A stretch of 64,000 bases of DNA from an uncultured delta proteobacterium (GTDB lineage Bacteria; Desulfobacterota; Binatia; UBA9968): assembly GCA_963771465.1 (NCBI GenBank), contig CAVYTU010000017.1, positions 640,001 to 704,000 on the forward strand, written 5' to 3'. Position 1 is the first letter of the stretch. Each line of letters opens with the position of its first letter. The notes beneath the pieces were generated by a model, which saw nothing but the letters and a program-made list of their open reading frames with translations, was not told the DNA's origin and made no database searches. This document shows, piece after piece, positions 39,299 through 48,575 of the stretch. A program made the translations under genes and the position numbers.

Positions 39299-39837
39299 CG
39301 AACTGTGAGAACATCCGAGACTCCATCGGCCGTTGGCTCGACGGCGAGTTGACCCCGAGTGAAAGCGCGGCAGTCCAGGCTCATGTGGCGACTTGCGCCG
39401 AGTGCGCCGAAGCGCGTCGCCAGCTGGAAAGCCTGCAGCGGGCATTGACTGGAGTTTTGGTCGCCGATCCCGCGCCCATCGAATTCATGCCCTTCTGGCG
39501 CGAAGTGCAGCGTCGAATCAATTTAAAGCGCGCCTGGTATGAAGACATTTCGGAATGGGCGCGCGAGTTTTTTACCGCACCGAGAGTCGCGTGGAGCGTG
39601 CCTGTGGCGATCGTTCTGCTGCTCGCCGTCTTTTCGCTAGATTCGTACTTCCCAGGAAACCCCTTCGGCGGTAGTCGCAACAGTTTTGCTTCGGTGGAGT
39701 CGATCGACGCGTATGGACGGAGCGTGGCGCTCTTGCGTGAAAACGAGAGCAAGACTACTGTAATCTGGCTCTATCAAAACGAAGAAGGTGAAGATGAAAC
39801 TGGCGAAGATGGCGCCAAGTCTGGCCCTACTTTTTAG
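39295..39837 (+). CDS. Zinc-binding anti-sigma factor (zf-HC2)
   Basis: LDGEL...HVATCAEC (HxxxCxxC), TM helix; ATGA overlap with sigma gene. Confidence 0.88.
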   Translation: MTNCENIRDSIGRWLDGELTPSESAAVQAHVATCAECAEARRQLESLQRALTGVLVADPAPIEFMPFWREVQRRINLKRAWYEDISEWAREFFTAPRVAWSVPVAIVLLLAVFSLDSYFPGNPFGGSRNSFASVESIDAYGRSVALLRENESKTTVIWLYQNEEGEDETGEDGAKSGPTF

Positions 39838-40261
39838 TCTTTCGCTCATTGCCCAGCAGGATTTCGCCGGCGCGGCGGAGAAAAATCCCCAGTCGGTGCA
39901 AGTGACGATTCGGACGATTTTGGCGGAGAATAAAAATGACGAATTCGATGCCAAGCTCAAGGGCATGGAGCAGCAGCTCAAATCGCTTAAATACCGTTCC
40001 TATCGATCTTTGAAAGATGACACTAAGTCAGTGCCGTGGCAGGGGACGCAATCCTTCGACATCCCCGGCGGACGAACCCTGACCGTCATGCCCCAGGAGT
40101 TTCAAGACAACCGCATCTCGCTCAAAGTGCGTCTGACCCAAGGCGACAAGCCGGTGGTCGACACTACGGTGAAGATTGCCAACAAGGGAAATTTTATTCT
40201 CGGTGGACCGCCCCATGACGGCGGCACTTTGGTGCTGTCAATTTCCGCTGCGGCGCAGTAG
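39794..40261 (+). CDS. Secreted hypothetical protein
   Basis: Signal peptide; beta-rich, ILGGP motif; overlaps end of anti-sigma gene. Confidence 0.75.
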   Translation: MKLAKMAPSLALLFSLSLIAQQDFAGAAEKNPQSVQVTIRTILAENKNDEFDAKLKGMEQQLKSLKYRSYRSLKDDTKSVPWQGTQSFDIPGGRTLTVMPQEFQDNRISLKVRLTQGDKPVVDTTVKIANKGNFILGGPPHDGGTLVLSISAAAQ

Positions 40262-40275
40262 CCGCGTTCATCGCT

Positions 40276-40524
40276 TCACTTCTTGCCGATCGGTTCCACA
40301 CTCACGCCTTTTCGTTTGAGCCAGGCGATCGCCTTAGCGATCTCACCGTCCTTGCCATCGAAATCCAACTCCACCAGTGCCATCGCGGACGTCACGGTGG
40401 AGCCGCGGATATTGAAGACAACGTCGAACTGCTTCGCTAACAGGCTCAGGACCGGCTCGTTAATCAATTTCCTTGGAAACGTCAGATGAACTCGCTGGCG
40501 GGTTGGGATCGGTTTTGACGCCAT
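40276..40524 (-). CDS. NIL domain protein
   Basis: LTFP...EPVL...FDVVFNIRG...LKRKGVSVEPI. Confidence 0.85.
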   Translation of the reverse strand: MASKPIPTRQRVHLTFPRKLINEPVLSLLAKQFDVVFNIRGSTVTSAMALVELDFDGKDGEIAKAIAWLKRKGVSVEPIGKK

Positions 40525-40531
40525 AACAAGT

Positions 40532-41533
40532 TTAGATCGAAAATTTCATTTTACCGACCGCCATACGATCGCGCCATCCGACCCACAGGTTGGTCGTCAA
40601 ATACTTATCCCCAAAGTCGGGAAAGATCGTAACCACGGTGCCCGTCTCTAGCTTGCGGGCGACCTTGAGCGCGGCAAAAAGCGCCGCGCCGGATGACTGG
40701 CCGACAAGCACGCCTTCTTCCTGACTCAAGCGATAAACCATCGCGTAAGCATCTTCGGTCGATACGGGAAATTTCCCGTCGAGCTTCTCTTCGTGATAGA
40801 TGCCCGGCACGATGGAGCTCGCCATATGTTTTAAACCTTCCAGCCCATGAAGCGCGTCGTCCGGTTCCACCGCGATCACTTGAATATCAGGATTGACTTC
40901 TTTTAAGTAGCGGCCGACTCCCATGATTGTGCCGCCGGTGCCGATGCCGGCTAGGAAATGAGTAATCTTGCCATCGGTTTGGCGGTAAATTTCCGGTCCG
41001 GTGTTTTCGTAATGAGCCTCGGGATTCATCGGATTAAAATATTGGTCCGGCTTATAATATTTTTCCGGGTCGGCCTCGATGATTTGTCGGCACAGGCGAA
41101 TCGCGCCGTCGGAACCCTCCATGGGATCGCTGAAAGTCACTTTGGCCCCGTACGCGTTGATAATTATTTTGCGCTCGTTGCTGACGTTGGCGGGAATTAC
41201 CAATTCCACCGGATAGCCGAGCACGCTGCCGATCATCGCCAGCGCAATACCGGTGTTTCCCGAAGTCGAATCGAGGATCGTTTTGCCGGCGTGCAGCTTG
41301 CCGCTGCGCAAGCCTTCTTGCACCATGCGCCATGCTGGGCGGTCTTTAACCGAGCCACCGGGGTTGAGGCCTTCGAGCTTGGCGTAAACTTTGACTCGCG
41401 CCGGAATACCGTCGGTGATCCTTTGGATTTCCAGCAAAGGCGTGTTGCCGATCAGATCGAGAACCGACTCAACTTTCTTCGGCGCCTTGGTCGGTGACTG
41501 CACCAGGCGCAGATTCGGCAACGTTGCGCTCAT
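40532..41533 (-). CDS. cysM: PLP-dependent cysteine synthase B-like
   Basis: KLEGLNPGGSVKDR, TSGNTG, GIGTGGT, GQSSGA. Confidence 0.85.
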   Translation of the reverse strand: MSATLPNLRLVQSPTKAPKKVESVLDLIGNTPLLEIQRITDGIPARVKVYAKLEGLNPGGSVKDRPAWRMVQEGLRSGKLHAGKTILDSTSGNTGIALAMIGSVLGYPVELVIPANVSNERKIIINAYGAKVTFSDPMEGSDGAIRLCRQIIEADPEKYYKPDQYFNPMNPEAHYENTGPEIYRQTDGKITHFLAGIGTGGTIMGVGRYLKEVNPDIQVIAVEPDDALHGLEGLKHMASSIVPGIYHEEKLDGKFPVSTEDAYAMVYRLSQEEGVLVGQSSGAALFAALKVARKLETGTVVTIFPDFGDKYLTTNLWVGWRDRMAVGKMKFSI

Positions 41534-41551
41534 GATCGATCCAGAAAGGTC

Positions 41552-41830
41552 TCAACGGCCGCCGGCGATGGCGGGCACGATGGAAATACTGTCGCCTTCT
41601 TTGAGACCGGTATCGAGATTTTGCAAGAAGCGAATGTCGTCGCCGTTGACGTAGACGTTGACAAAGCGGCGCACCTTGCCGGACTCGTCGCAGATCCGTT
41701 CTTTGATGCCGGGATAATTTTTTTCTAAGTCGTCGACCAGCGCCTTGATGTTGCCGCCCAGCGCGTTGACTTCATCGGCGCCCTGGGTGTACTTGCGCAG
41801 CGGTGTGGGAACACGAACTCGCACTGCCAT
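41552..41830 (-). CDS. MoaD/ThiS/CysO-family sulfur carrier ending in GGR
   Basis: VRVPTPLR, RRFVNVYVNGDDIRFL, IVPAIAGGR*; AGGAGG RBS. Confidence 0.92.
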   Translation of the reverse strand: MAVRVRVPTPLRKYTQGADEVNALGGNIKALVDDLEKNYPGIKERICDESGKVRRFVNVYVNGDDIRFLQNLDTGLKEGDSISIVPAIAGGR

Positions 41831-41922
41831 AATTGTCCTCCTAAAAAACTCAAACTTGAATGATACGCCTAGAATAGTCCTCCGCCGGGCCCCTTTCAAG
41901 GCAAGCGGCGCGGCCGAGTCTT

Positions 41923-43185
41923 TTAGCGGCCGGCCGCTTGAGCTCGCGTGATCGGAACGAACTGGCTGACGAGCGCATCAAAGCGGTCGAGCGTCGCGTC
42001 GATGGTAAACGGTTTTTCAACGCTTGGCGCCACGGCGTCCAAGGCTTTGTAGCCATTGCCGGTAATGCTGATGACGATCGACTCGCCCCGTGGAATGCGG
42101 CCTTGCTCAATCAGTTTCTTGGTCACGGCGACTTCGGTGCCGCCGGCGGGTTCGGTGAATATGCCCTCGGTGCGCGCCAGCAACTTGATCGCGTCGAGAA
42201 TTTCCGCGTCGCTGACGCTCTCGCCCCAGCCGCCGGATTGGCGCAGCACCTGGAGAACGTAATAATCTTCCGCCGGGTCGCCGATGGCGATGGAGCTGGC
42301 GATGGTGTTCGGTTTCACCGGTTTCACCACGTCGGCGCCTCGGTGCAGCGCTTCGATGATCGGCGCGCAGCCGGCCGCCTGCGCCGCGTAAATCTTGCAT
42401 TCCGTGTTTTCAACCAGACCGAGATCGATCAACTCGTGAAAACTTTTCGCCAGCTTCGGCAAGATCGTGCCGCCGGCGCAGGCGACGACGATATGTTGGG
42501 GCAGCTTCCAGCCGAGCTGTTCGGCGATTTCGTAGCCGTGGGTCTTGGCGCCTTCGACATAGTAAGGGCGTAAGTTGACGTTGACGAAGGCCCAGCCGTA
42601 TTTGTCGCCGATCTCGCTGCACAGCCGGTTGACATCATCGTAGTTGCCTTTGATCGCCACAGTCTTGGGCCCGTAGATCGCCGAACCGATGATTTTTGCC
42701 GGTTCCAGATCGTCCGGAATGAAGACAAAGCAATCCAACCCCGCGATCGCCGCATGGGCGGCCACCGAATTGGCCAAGTTGCCAGTCGACGCGCAGGCGA
42801 CTGTGTCGAAGCCAAACTCCAGCGCTTTAGAAATGGCCACGGAGATGACACGGTCCTTGTAGGAAAAGGTCGGATGATTCACCGAGTCGTCTTTTAGATA
42901 AAGTTCCTTGACGCCAAGTGCGGAGCCGAGACGGTGCGCGCGCACCAGCGGCGTGAAGCCTGAATACAGACCGACACGCGGCTCGCCGCCGATCGGTAAA
43001 AGCTCGCGATAGCGCCAAAGGTTGCGCTCGCGGCTGGCGATCTTGTCCCGGCTAAGGACTTTCTTAATCGCGGCAAAGTCGTACTGGACTTCTAACGGGC
43101 CGAAGCATGCCTCGCATACGTGCTGCGGCGACTCAGGATATTTCTCGCCGCACTCACGGCATTCCAGTCCGGTGACAAAGCTCAT
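41923..43185 (-). CDS. thrC: Threonine synthase-like PLP enzyme
   Basis: CxxC..CxxC N-terminus, HPTFSYKDR, ASTGNLA, EPAGG; ATGA overlap with moeB-like gene. Confidence 0.85.
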   Translation of the reverse strand: MSFVTGLECRECGEKYPESPQHVCEACFGPLEVQYDFAAIKKVLSRDKIASRERNLWRYRELLPIGGEPRVGLYSGFTPLVRAHRLGSALGVKELYLKDDSVNHPTFSYKDRVISVAISKALEFGFDTVACASTGNLANSVAAHAAIAGLDCFVFIPDDLEPAKIIGSAIYGPKTVAIKGNYDDVNRLCSEIGDKYGWAFVNVNLRPYYVEGAKTHGYEIAEQLGWKLPQHIVVACAGGTILPKLAKSFHELIDLGLVENTECKIYAAQAAGCAPIIEALHRGADVVKPVKPNTIASSIAIGDPAEDYYVLQVLRQSGGWGESVSDAEILDAIKLLARTEGIFTEPAGGTEVAVTKKLIEQGRIPRGESIVISITGNGYKALDAVAPSVEKPFTIDATLDRFDALVSQFVPITRAQAAGR

Positions 43186-43955
43186 GACCGATTTGCTCCG
43201 TCGCCGCAGCTCGCGCAGTCGGGATCGCGCTTCACTTCGATGTCGCGAAATTTCATGCTCTTGGCGTCGTAAACTAACAAGCGATCGGTGAGCAGACCGT
43301 CTTCGAATCCGGCGAGATATTTTATTGCTTCTGTCGCTTGGATCGTGCCGAGGGTTCCGGCGACGGCGCCGAGTATGCCGGAAGCCTGACAATTGAGGAT
43401 TTCTTCCGGCGGTGGCGGCGCTTTGAACAGACAACGATAGCAAGCCGTCTTTCCAGGGACAACGGTCATCGTTTGGCCTTGCAGCCGAACGATGCCCGCG
43501 TGGGAAAATGCTATGCCTAATTTGATCGCGGTATCGTTGACGAGAAACTTGGTGTCGAAATTATCGCTGCCGTCTATGATGAAATGATACTCGGCGGCAA
43601 TTTGAGCGGCATTCGTTTCGTCGAAGCGAAAGGAATAGGTTTTAACGTCGACATCGGGATTGAGTTCAGTGAGCGTCGCTTTGGCCGATTCGACTTTTCG
43701 CTGGCCGATATTTTTTGTCGCGTGGAGAATCTGGCGCTGCAAATTGGACAACTCGACATTGTCCGGATCGATAATTCCCAAGGTGCCGATGCCGGCCGCC
43801 GCCAGATAAAACGCTGCCGGCGATCCCAACCCACCCGCGCCGATAACCAGCACCCGCGCATCACGCAGACGCATCTGCGCCTTGCCGCCTAAATCCGGCA
43901 CCATGATTTGGCGGCTGTAACGCTCGATCTGTTCGGTAGTTAATCGTGCAGCCAT
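43182..43955 (-). CDS. HesA/MoeB/ThiF adenylyltransferase
   Basis: RYSRQI, GAGGLG, SNLQRQ, CYRC and CASC zinc motifs; no rhodanese domain. Confidence 0.93.
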   Translation of the reverse strand: MAARLTTEQIERYSRQIMVPDLGGKAQMRLRDARVLVIGAGGLGSPAAFYLAAAGIGTLGIIDPDNVELSNLQRQILHATKNIGQRKVESAKATLTELNPDVDVKTYSFRFDETNAAQIAAEYHFIIDGSDNFDTKFLVNDTAIKLGIAFSHAGIVRLQGQTMTVVPGKTACYRCLFKAPPPPEEILNCQASGILGAVAGTLGTIQATEAIKYLAGFEDGLLTDRLLVYDAKSMKFRDIEVKRDPDCASCGDGANRS

Positions 43956-44014
43956 TGGGTCTGATGAAAAATACCTCTTATCATTCAAAATAAGAAGAGT
44001 TTGAGATGGCCGTG

Positions 44015-45157
44015 CTACTCGAATAGATGCGGCACAAAGCAGCTCAAGTTGTTTGTCACCGGTGAATCAGATTCTCTAATGCCGATGCCCGCGGCGACGC
44101 CGTCGATGAGCCAACTGCCGATTACCGGATGCGCGCCATCGAAGTTCGGAATACGCGCAACCGCTTGGCAGACAAATCCTTCCTCACCGTAAGGCCCTTC
44201 GGTTTGTTGCACCGAGCCACTGCGTTGAATAGTCAGATTGGCGCCCTCGCGCGAGAGCAACGGTTTTTTCACATAGTCGGTTAATTTTTTCGGCTCATTG
44301 AAATAGCATTCGAGTAAGTTGGGATGGCCGGGGAAGAGTTCCCAAAGAATCGGTAGAATGCCTTTGTTGGAGAGTAACATTTTCCAAATCGGTTCGATCC
44401 ATTGGGTCAGCGTATACGTCGATAACAATTGATCGGCGTTCTGATCGCGCAGCAACCATTCCCAGGGATAGAGTTTGAAGATGCTGCGTATGGGGCGGTC
44501 GTCGAGATCGACAAAGCAGTTTTGCTGCGCGTCCCAGCCAATGTCGTCAATGCGCAGCAAAACCGATTTAATGCCGGCTTGGCCTGCGACATCCATCAGA
44601 TAACTTACGGTCATTAGGTCTTCGCTATTCTCTATGTCCGGCGGTTCGAGATAGGCGAAGTGTAGCGGGTTGGCGACGTAGGGCTTGAGCTCTTGCCACT
44701 TGGCAAGCAGCTTTTCGTGAATCGAGTTGAACTGATCGCGCTGAGGATACAATTCTTGGAGCCAATACCACTGGGTCACGGCGGCTTCGAGTAGTGCCGT
44801 CGGCGTGTCGGCATTGTATTCGAGCAATTTTAATTGCTCGCCGTCATAGGCGAGATCGATGCGGCCATAAAGCGCTGGTGGTTCGTCTTCCCAGGCTTGC
44901 TTGATCACTGGGATGGCTACTTCGGGGATCGCCAGTTCTTTGAATCGGTTATTGTCGATAATATATTGCGCTGCTTGCAAGCACATTTCCTGCAATTCGT
45001 TACTCGCCAACTCGATGCGGTCGATTTCGGTGGCACGAAAAGAATAGTAAGCCGACTCGTTCCAATAGGGACGGCCTTCGGTGTGGTGATAGATGAGGCC
45101 GATTGCTTCGACTTTCTTTTCCCAATCGGCACGAGGTGCGATGGTTACGCGTTTCAT
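44015..45157 (-). CDS. Glutathionylspermidine synthase-family ATP-grasp protein (YgiC/YjfC-like)
   Basis: YGRIDL, KLLEYNADTPT, FKLYPWEW, KPLLSREG, GIRES. Confidence 0.92.
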   Translation of the reverse strand: MKRVTIAPRADWEKKVEAIGLIYHHTEGRPYWNESAYYSFRATEIDRIELASNELQEMCLQAAQYIIDNNRFKELAIPEVAIPVIKQAWEDEPPALYGRIDLAYDGEQLKLLEYNADTPTALLEAAVTQWYWLQELYPQRDQFNSIHEKLLAKWQELKPYVANPLHFAYLEPPDIENSEDLMTVSYLMDVAGQAGIKSVLLRIDDIGWDAQQNCFVDLDDRPIRSIFKLYPWEWLLRDQNADQLLSTYTLTQWIEPIWKMLLSNKGILPILWELFPGHPNLLECYFNEPKKLTDYVKKPLLSREGANLTIQRSGSVQQTEGPYGEEGFVCQAVARIPNFDGAHPVIGSWLIDGVAAGIGIRESDSPVTNNLSCFVPHLFE

Positions 45158-45171
45158 GTGAGTAGGCTGAA

Positions 45172-45519
45172 TTAACTGCCGATGGAACTGCCGCCGTGGC
45201 TGACGAAGGCTCTGCCGGTAGAACCAAAACCACCGCGCGGGACCTGGCTCGGATTGGTATAAGTTACACCGGACTGGGCGACTCGGCCGCCGCCGTAGGC
45301 ACGGTCGCCCCGATAGTAACCGTGGCCGCCGTAGTAATGGGAATAGTAATGTCGATTCGGTCCATCGCCATCGCATAGCCGATCCTCGACGACGACGTTG
45401 TTATTGTCGACGCAGCGCTTGGCTTCGACCCAGTCACCGGCGTCATCACCGCAGCCGTTCATCACCGCGGCGGCGAAGGAGGAGAGAAAAACGAGCGAGA
45501 CTTTGGCCGATTTCTTCAT
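45172..45519 (-). CDS. Lipoprotein, DUF1190/YgiB-like
   Basis: Lipobox-like NGC, two further Cys, Tyr/Gly-rich segment, RGGFGSTG tail. Confidence 0.8.
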   Translation of the reverse strand: MKKSAKVSLVFLSSFAAAVMNGCGDDAGDWVEAKRCVDNNNVVVEDRLCDGDGPNRHYYSHYYGGHGYYRGDRAYGGGRVAQSGVTYTNPSQVPRGGFGSTGRAFVSHGGSSIGS

Positions 45520-45525
45520 CGCCGG

Positions 45526-46362
45526 TTATCCGTGGGTGTAACCGAGGGTGACGGCGATAAAGATGACCGCCTTGAACAGCGCGGCGGCGATATTACGCTG
45601 CTCCATTACTTCCTCGCCTAATCGCGACGAGCGAAACGCCAACTTGTCGGATATCAAATGGGCAACGAGCATCAGCAAAACCCATGCGCCGAGATACGCC
45701 GCCACGGTCAAAATGTCGCTACGCCAGCCTTGTGACGGGCCGCTGATGACGGCGCCGCAAACCATGCCGCCGGAGAGCAGAAAACCTGCGAGGGAAATCC
45801 CGACGGCGAGATTCTGGTCGTCCAACGCCGCGTCGACTCCTTTGCCAGCGAGCCGATAAAGAAACGCCAGCAGAATTAGCATGAGCTGGCCGATGAAAAA
45901 CCATACCAGCGCGATCCATGGGCCGTTTTCCCAATCGTAAAATGCGCCGGCGATGACGTAGGCGCTGGCGAGGTATGTGGCACCCTCGACGACCGCGACG
46001 GCGGAGTTTTTTTCTTGCACCACCTCACGGTTGTGGCTGAAGTGGTAGAGAATCAGCCAGTCGTTTAGATAGCGTGAGAGATAGATCAAGATCACGGCCA
46101 GGAGCGCATTTTGGGTGAATAGCCAGGCGCCGGAGTCGCCTTGTACGCGATCGAAGATGCCGAGCACGGCGAAAACCACTGCGATGGCGAACAGAGCGTA
46201 GCGAAGCGCCAGCGCGGGATTATCTCTCAAGAGCATTTCATTGACCGGATCATAGCCTTCGATTTTGCCGCTTACCCAAAGAAATGCCGCCAAGCCGATC
46301 AGTAGCAGCAAAATTCCCGCGGCTAATGAAAGCGGGCCGATGAGCATGCCGAAAGAAATCAT
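45526..46362 (-). CDS. Double DUF350 membrane protein
   Basis: Repeated E....N.A.A motifs between TM pairs; GGGAG RBS. Confidence 0.8.
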   Translation of the reverse strand: MISFGMLIGPLSLAAGILLLLIGLAAFLWVSGKIEGYDPVNEMLLRDNPALALRYALFAIAVVFAVLGIFDRVQGDSGAWLFTQNALLAVILIYLSRYLNDWLILYHFSHNREVVQEKNSAVAVVEGATYLASAYVIAGAFYDWENGPWIALVWFFIGQLMLILLAFLYRLAGKGVDAALDDQNLAVGISLAGFLLSGGMVCGAVISGPSQGWRSDILTVAAYLGAWVLLMLVAHLISDKLAFRSSRLGEEVMEQRNIAAALFKAVIFIAVTLGYTHG

Positions 46363-46498
46363 TACGTTCTCCCTGGTTGCGCGTGTCAAAAACCCCGTGT
46401 AAGTTCGCGCGAAAGTAATATGTTCTCAAAATCGCTGTCAAGCGAACCGATCTAAAAACGGCGCAGAATCATCAATCTCACTTCTCGACTGGTGAATT

Positions 46499-47890
46499 AT
46501 GGAACGATTAAAAAACTCTGAATCCTATTCCCACGCTGTCGGCGGATTCGCCCGCGGCCTCAAGCTCGCCGACGTGCCGGCAAACGTCATTGCCAAAGCG
46601 AAACTGGTTTGTCTCGATACGCTTGGCGTGGCGTTGGCGTCATCGACCATGGATTTTGGCGCGATGGTTTCCAACGTGGCGCGCCGCCTTGGCGGCGACA
46701 AGCGCAGCGTTGTGATTGGTTCGGCAAACCGAGTCGCAGCGGCCAATGCGGTCATCGCAAACGGTACACTAGCCCACGGATTGGACTACGACGACACTTT
46801 GGAAGAGGCGATCGTTCACACCGGAGCGTGCGCGTGGATGACGGCATTGGCGGTGGGTGAAGAAGTCGGTGCCAGCGGTGCGACGGTTCTTGAAGCAGCG
46901 ATCGTCGGCACCGAAGTCTTGTGCAAAGTCGGTCTGGTGGCGCCGGGAAAGTTTCATGCGCGCGGTTTTCATCCGACGGCGATTTGCTCCACCTTTGGCG
47001 CCGCGGCTGTGGCGGGAAAGCTTTACGGTCTCAACGCCGACCAATGGGTCGATGCTTTCGGACTTTGCGGCAGTCAGAGTTCAGGGATCATCGAATATCT
47101 CGCCGACGGCACTTGGACCAAGCGCATGCATCCGGGCTGGTCAGCCCACGGCGGCATAATCGCTTGTCTATTGGCGCAGGAAGGGTTTCGCGGTCCGGCG
47201 AAAGTGTTTGAAGGCACCCATGGTTTTTTCAATGGCTTCGGCGGCAAGAACGACTACCGTTTCGAAAAGCTTCTAGAGCTCGGCAAAGAGTGGGAAATTC
47301 CTAAGCTCGCGTTTAAGTCTTATCCGTGCGGGTCGATTTCCCATCCGTACATGGATTGCGCGCTCAAGATTAAACAAAAATATTCGCCTGCGCCGGAGCA
47401 GATCGCCGAAGTGGTTTGCCGCACGGCCGAAGGACCGGTGCCTCGATTGTGGGAGCCGCTTGGCGACAAGCAAAAACCGTCAAGCTCCTACGGCGCGAAG
47501 TTTAGCCTGCCCTACAGCTTAGCTGTCATGCTCATTCGTGGCCGGGCCGGGCTCGATGAATTTACCGATGCGGCGATTCTCGATCCAGAAGTGCTTCGGC
47601 TGGCGGCCAAAGTTCGCTACGTGCTCGATCCGACCATCGATTATCCGCGCCATTTCTCAGGTCACGTGAAGGTTGTCCTTGACGACGGATCGATCTTGGA
47701 AGAAAACCAGCCGCACCCGCGCGGCGGTTTGGAAGATCCGCTGGCGCCCGAAGAAGTCAGGGAGAAGTTCCACGCCAACGCGCGGCTCGCGCTGCCGGCC
47801 GATAACAACGAGAAAATTATCGATGCGGTAAATCGTCTGGAGCAGTTGCCGTCGATCGGTTCGCTCAGCGAGTTATTAGCGCGCCGCTGA
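46499..47890 (+). CDS. MmgE/PrpD family protein
   Basis: NGTLAHGLDYDD, GFHPT, KRMHPG, KSYPCG, AKFSLPY. Confidence 0.92.
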   Translation: MERLKNSESYSHAVGGFARGLKLADVPANVIAKAKLVCLDTLGVALASSTMDFGAMVSNVARRLGGDKRSVVIGSANRVAAANAVIANGTLAHGLDYDDTLEEAIVHTGACAWMTALAVGEEVGASGATVLEAAIVGTEVLCKVGLVAPGKFHARGFHPTAICSTFGAAAVAGKLYGLNADQWVDAFGLCGSQSSGIIEYLADGTWTKRMHPGWSAHGGIIACLLAQEGFRGPAKVFEGTHGFFNGFGGKNDYRFEKLLELGKEWEIPKLAFKSYPCGSISHPYMDCALKIKQKYSPAPEQIAEVVCRTAEGPVPRLWEPLGDKQKPSSSYGAKFSLPYSLAVMLIRGRAGLDEFTDAAILDPEVLRLAAKVRYVLDPTIDYPRHFSGHVKVVLDDGSILEENQPHPRGGLEDPLAPEEVREKFHANARLALPADNNEKIIDAVNRLEQLPSIGSLSELLARR

Positions 47891-47912
47891 ACAGCGCTGG
47901 CTGGACTGTCCG

Positions 47913-48575
47913 ATGTACTGGATGGCTGTTCGTTGGCTCCTACATGGGGAATTGTTTCTCGTCATCGTCGCGCTCGGCGCTTGCGGCGGCGAGAACTTTG
48001 ACGCGATTCGAAACCTTCGCTCTAGCGGCGAAACGATTGTCTGCTTCGGCGACAGTTTGACCGAAGGCGTCGGCGCCGGCACGGGCGAAGATTACCCGTC
48101 CGTACTTTCTAAGGAGATCGGCATTCCTGTGGTCAACGCCGGCCAGCGCGGCGACACCACCGATCAGGCGCTGGCGCGGCTTTCGGACGCCGTCTTGAGC
48201 AAGAATCCGCGGCTGGTGATCGTATTTTTAGGCGGTAACGATTTCCTGCGCCAACGACCGCGTGCCGAGAGTAGGAAAAACTTGGCCGAGATTGTTCGGC
48301 GGGTACAAGCGCAAGGCGCGATGGTCGCCATTGCCGGCATGAAACTTGGACTCTTCACAGACGATTTCGCCGCCATTTACGAGGACACGGCCAAAGAACT
48401 CGGCGCGCTTTACATACCGCAGGTGATGAAGGGCATACTGAGCGACTCGAAGCTCAAGAGCGATCCGATTCACCCCAACGGCGCGGGTTACCGATTGATC
48501 GCGGAACGGATCGCGGTGAAAATTATACCGCTGTTGCGTGACGCGGATCGCCTGACCGGGCGGCGCGGCTCCTAG
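47913..48575 (+). CDS. SGNH/GDSL arylesterase lipoprotein
   Basis: GDSLT, LGGND, DPIHPN blocks. Confidence 0.9.
   Translation: MYWMAVRWLLHGELFLVIVALGACGGENFDAIRNLRSSGETIVCFGDSLTEGVGAGTGEDYPSVLSKEIGIPVVNAGQRGDTTDQALARLSDAVLSKNPRLVIVFLGGNDFLRQRPRAESRKNLAEIVRRVQAQGAMVAIAGMKLGLFTDDFAAIYEDTAKELGALYIPQVMKGILSDSKLKSDPIHPNGAGYRLIAERIAVKIIPLLRDADRLTGRRGS

Noticed and set aside
41923-43443. 506-aa extended thrC and similar long N-terminal extensions (44015-45376, 50402, 54835, 55046)
   Set aside because: Extensions overlap neighbouring genes; family-typical starts lie downstream
48523-48575. 53-nt convergent overlap of arylesterase and CPBP genes
   Set aside because: Short 3' overlaps are common; no further signal
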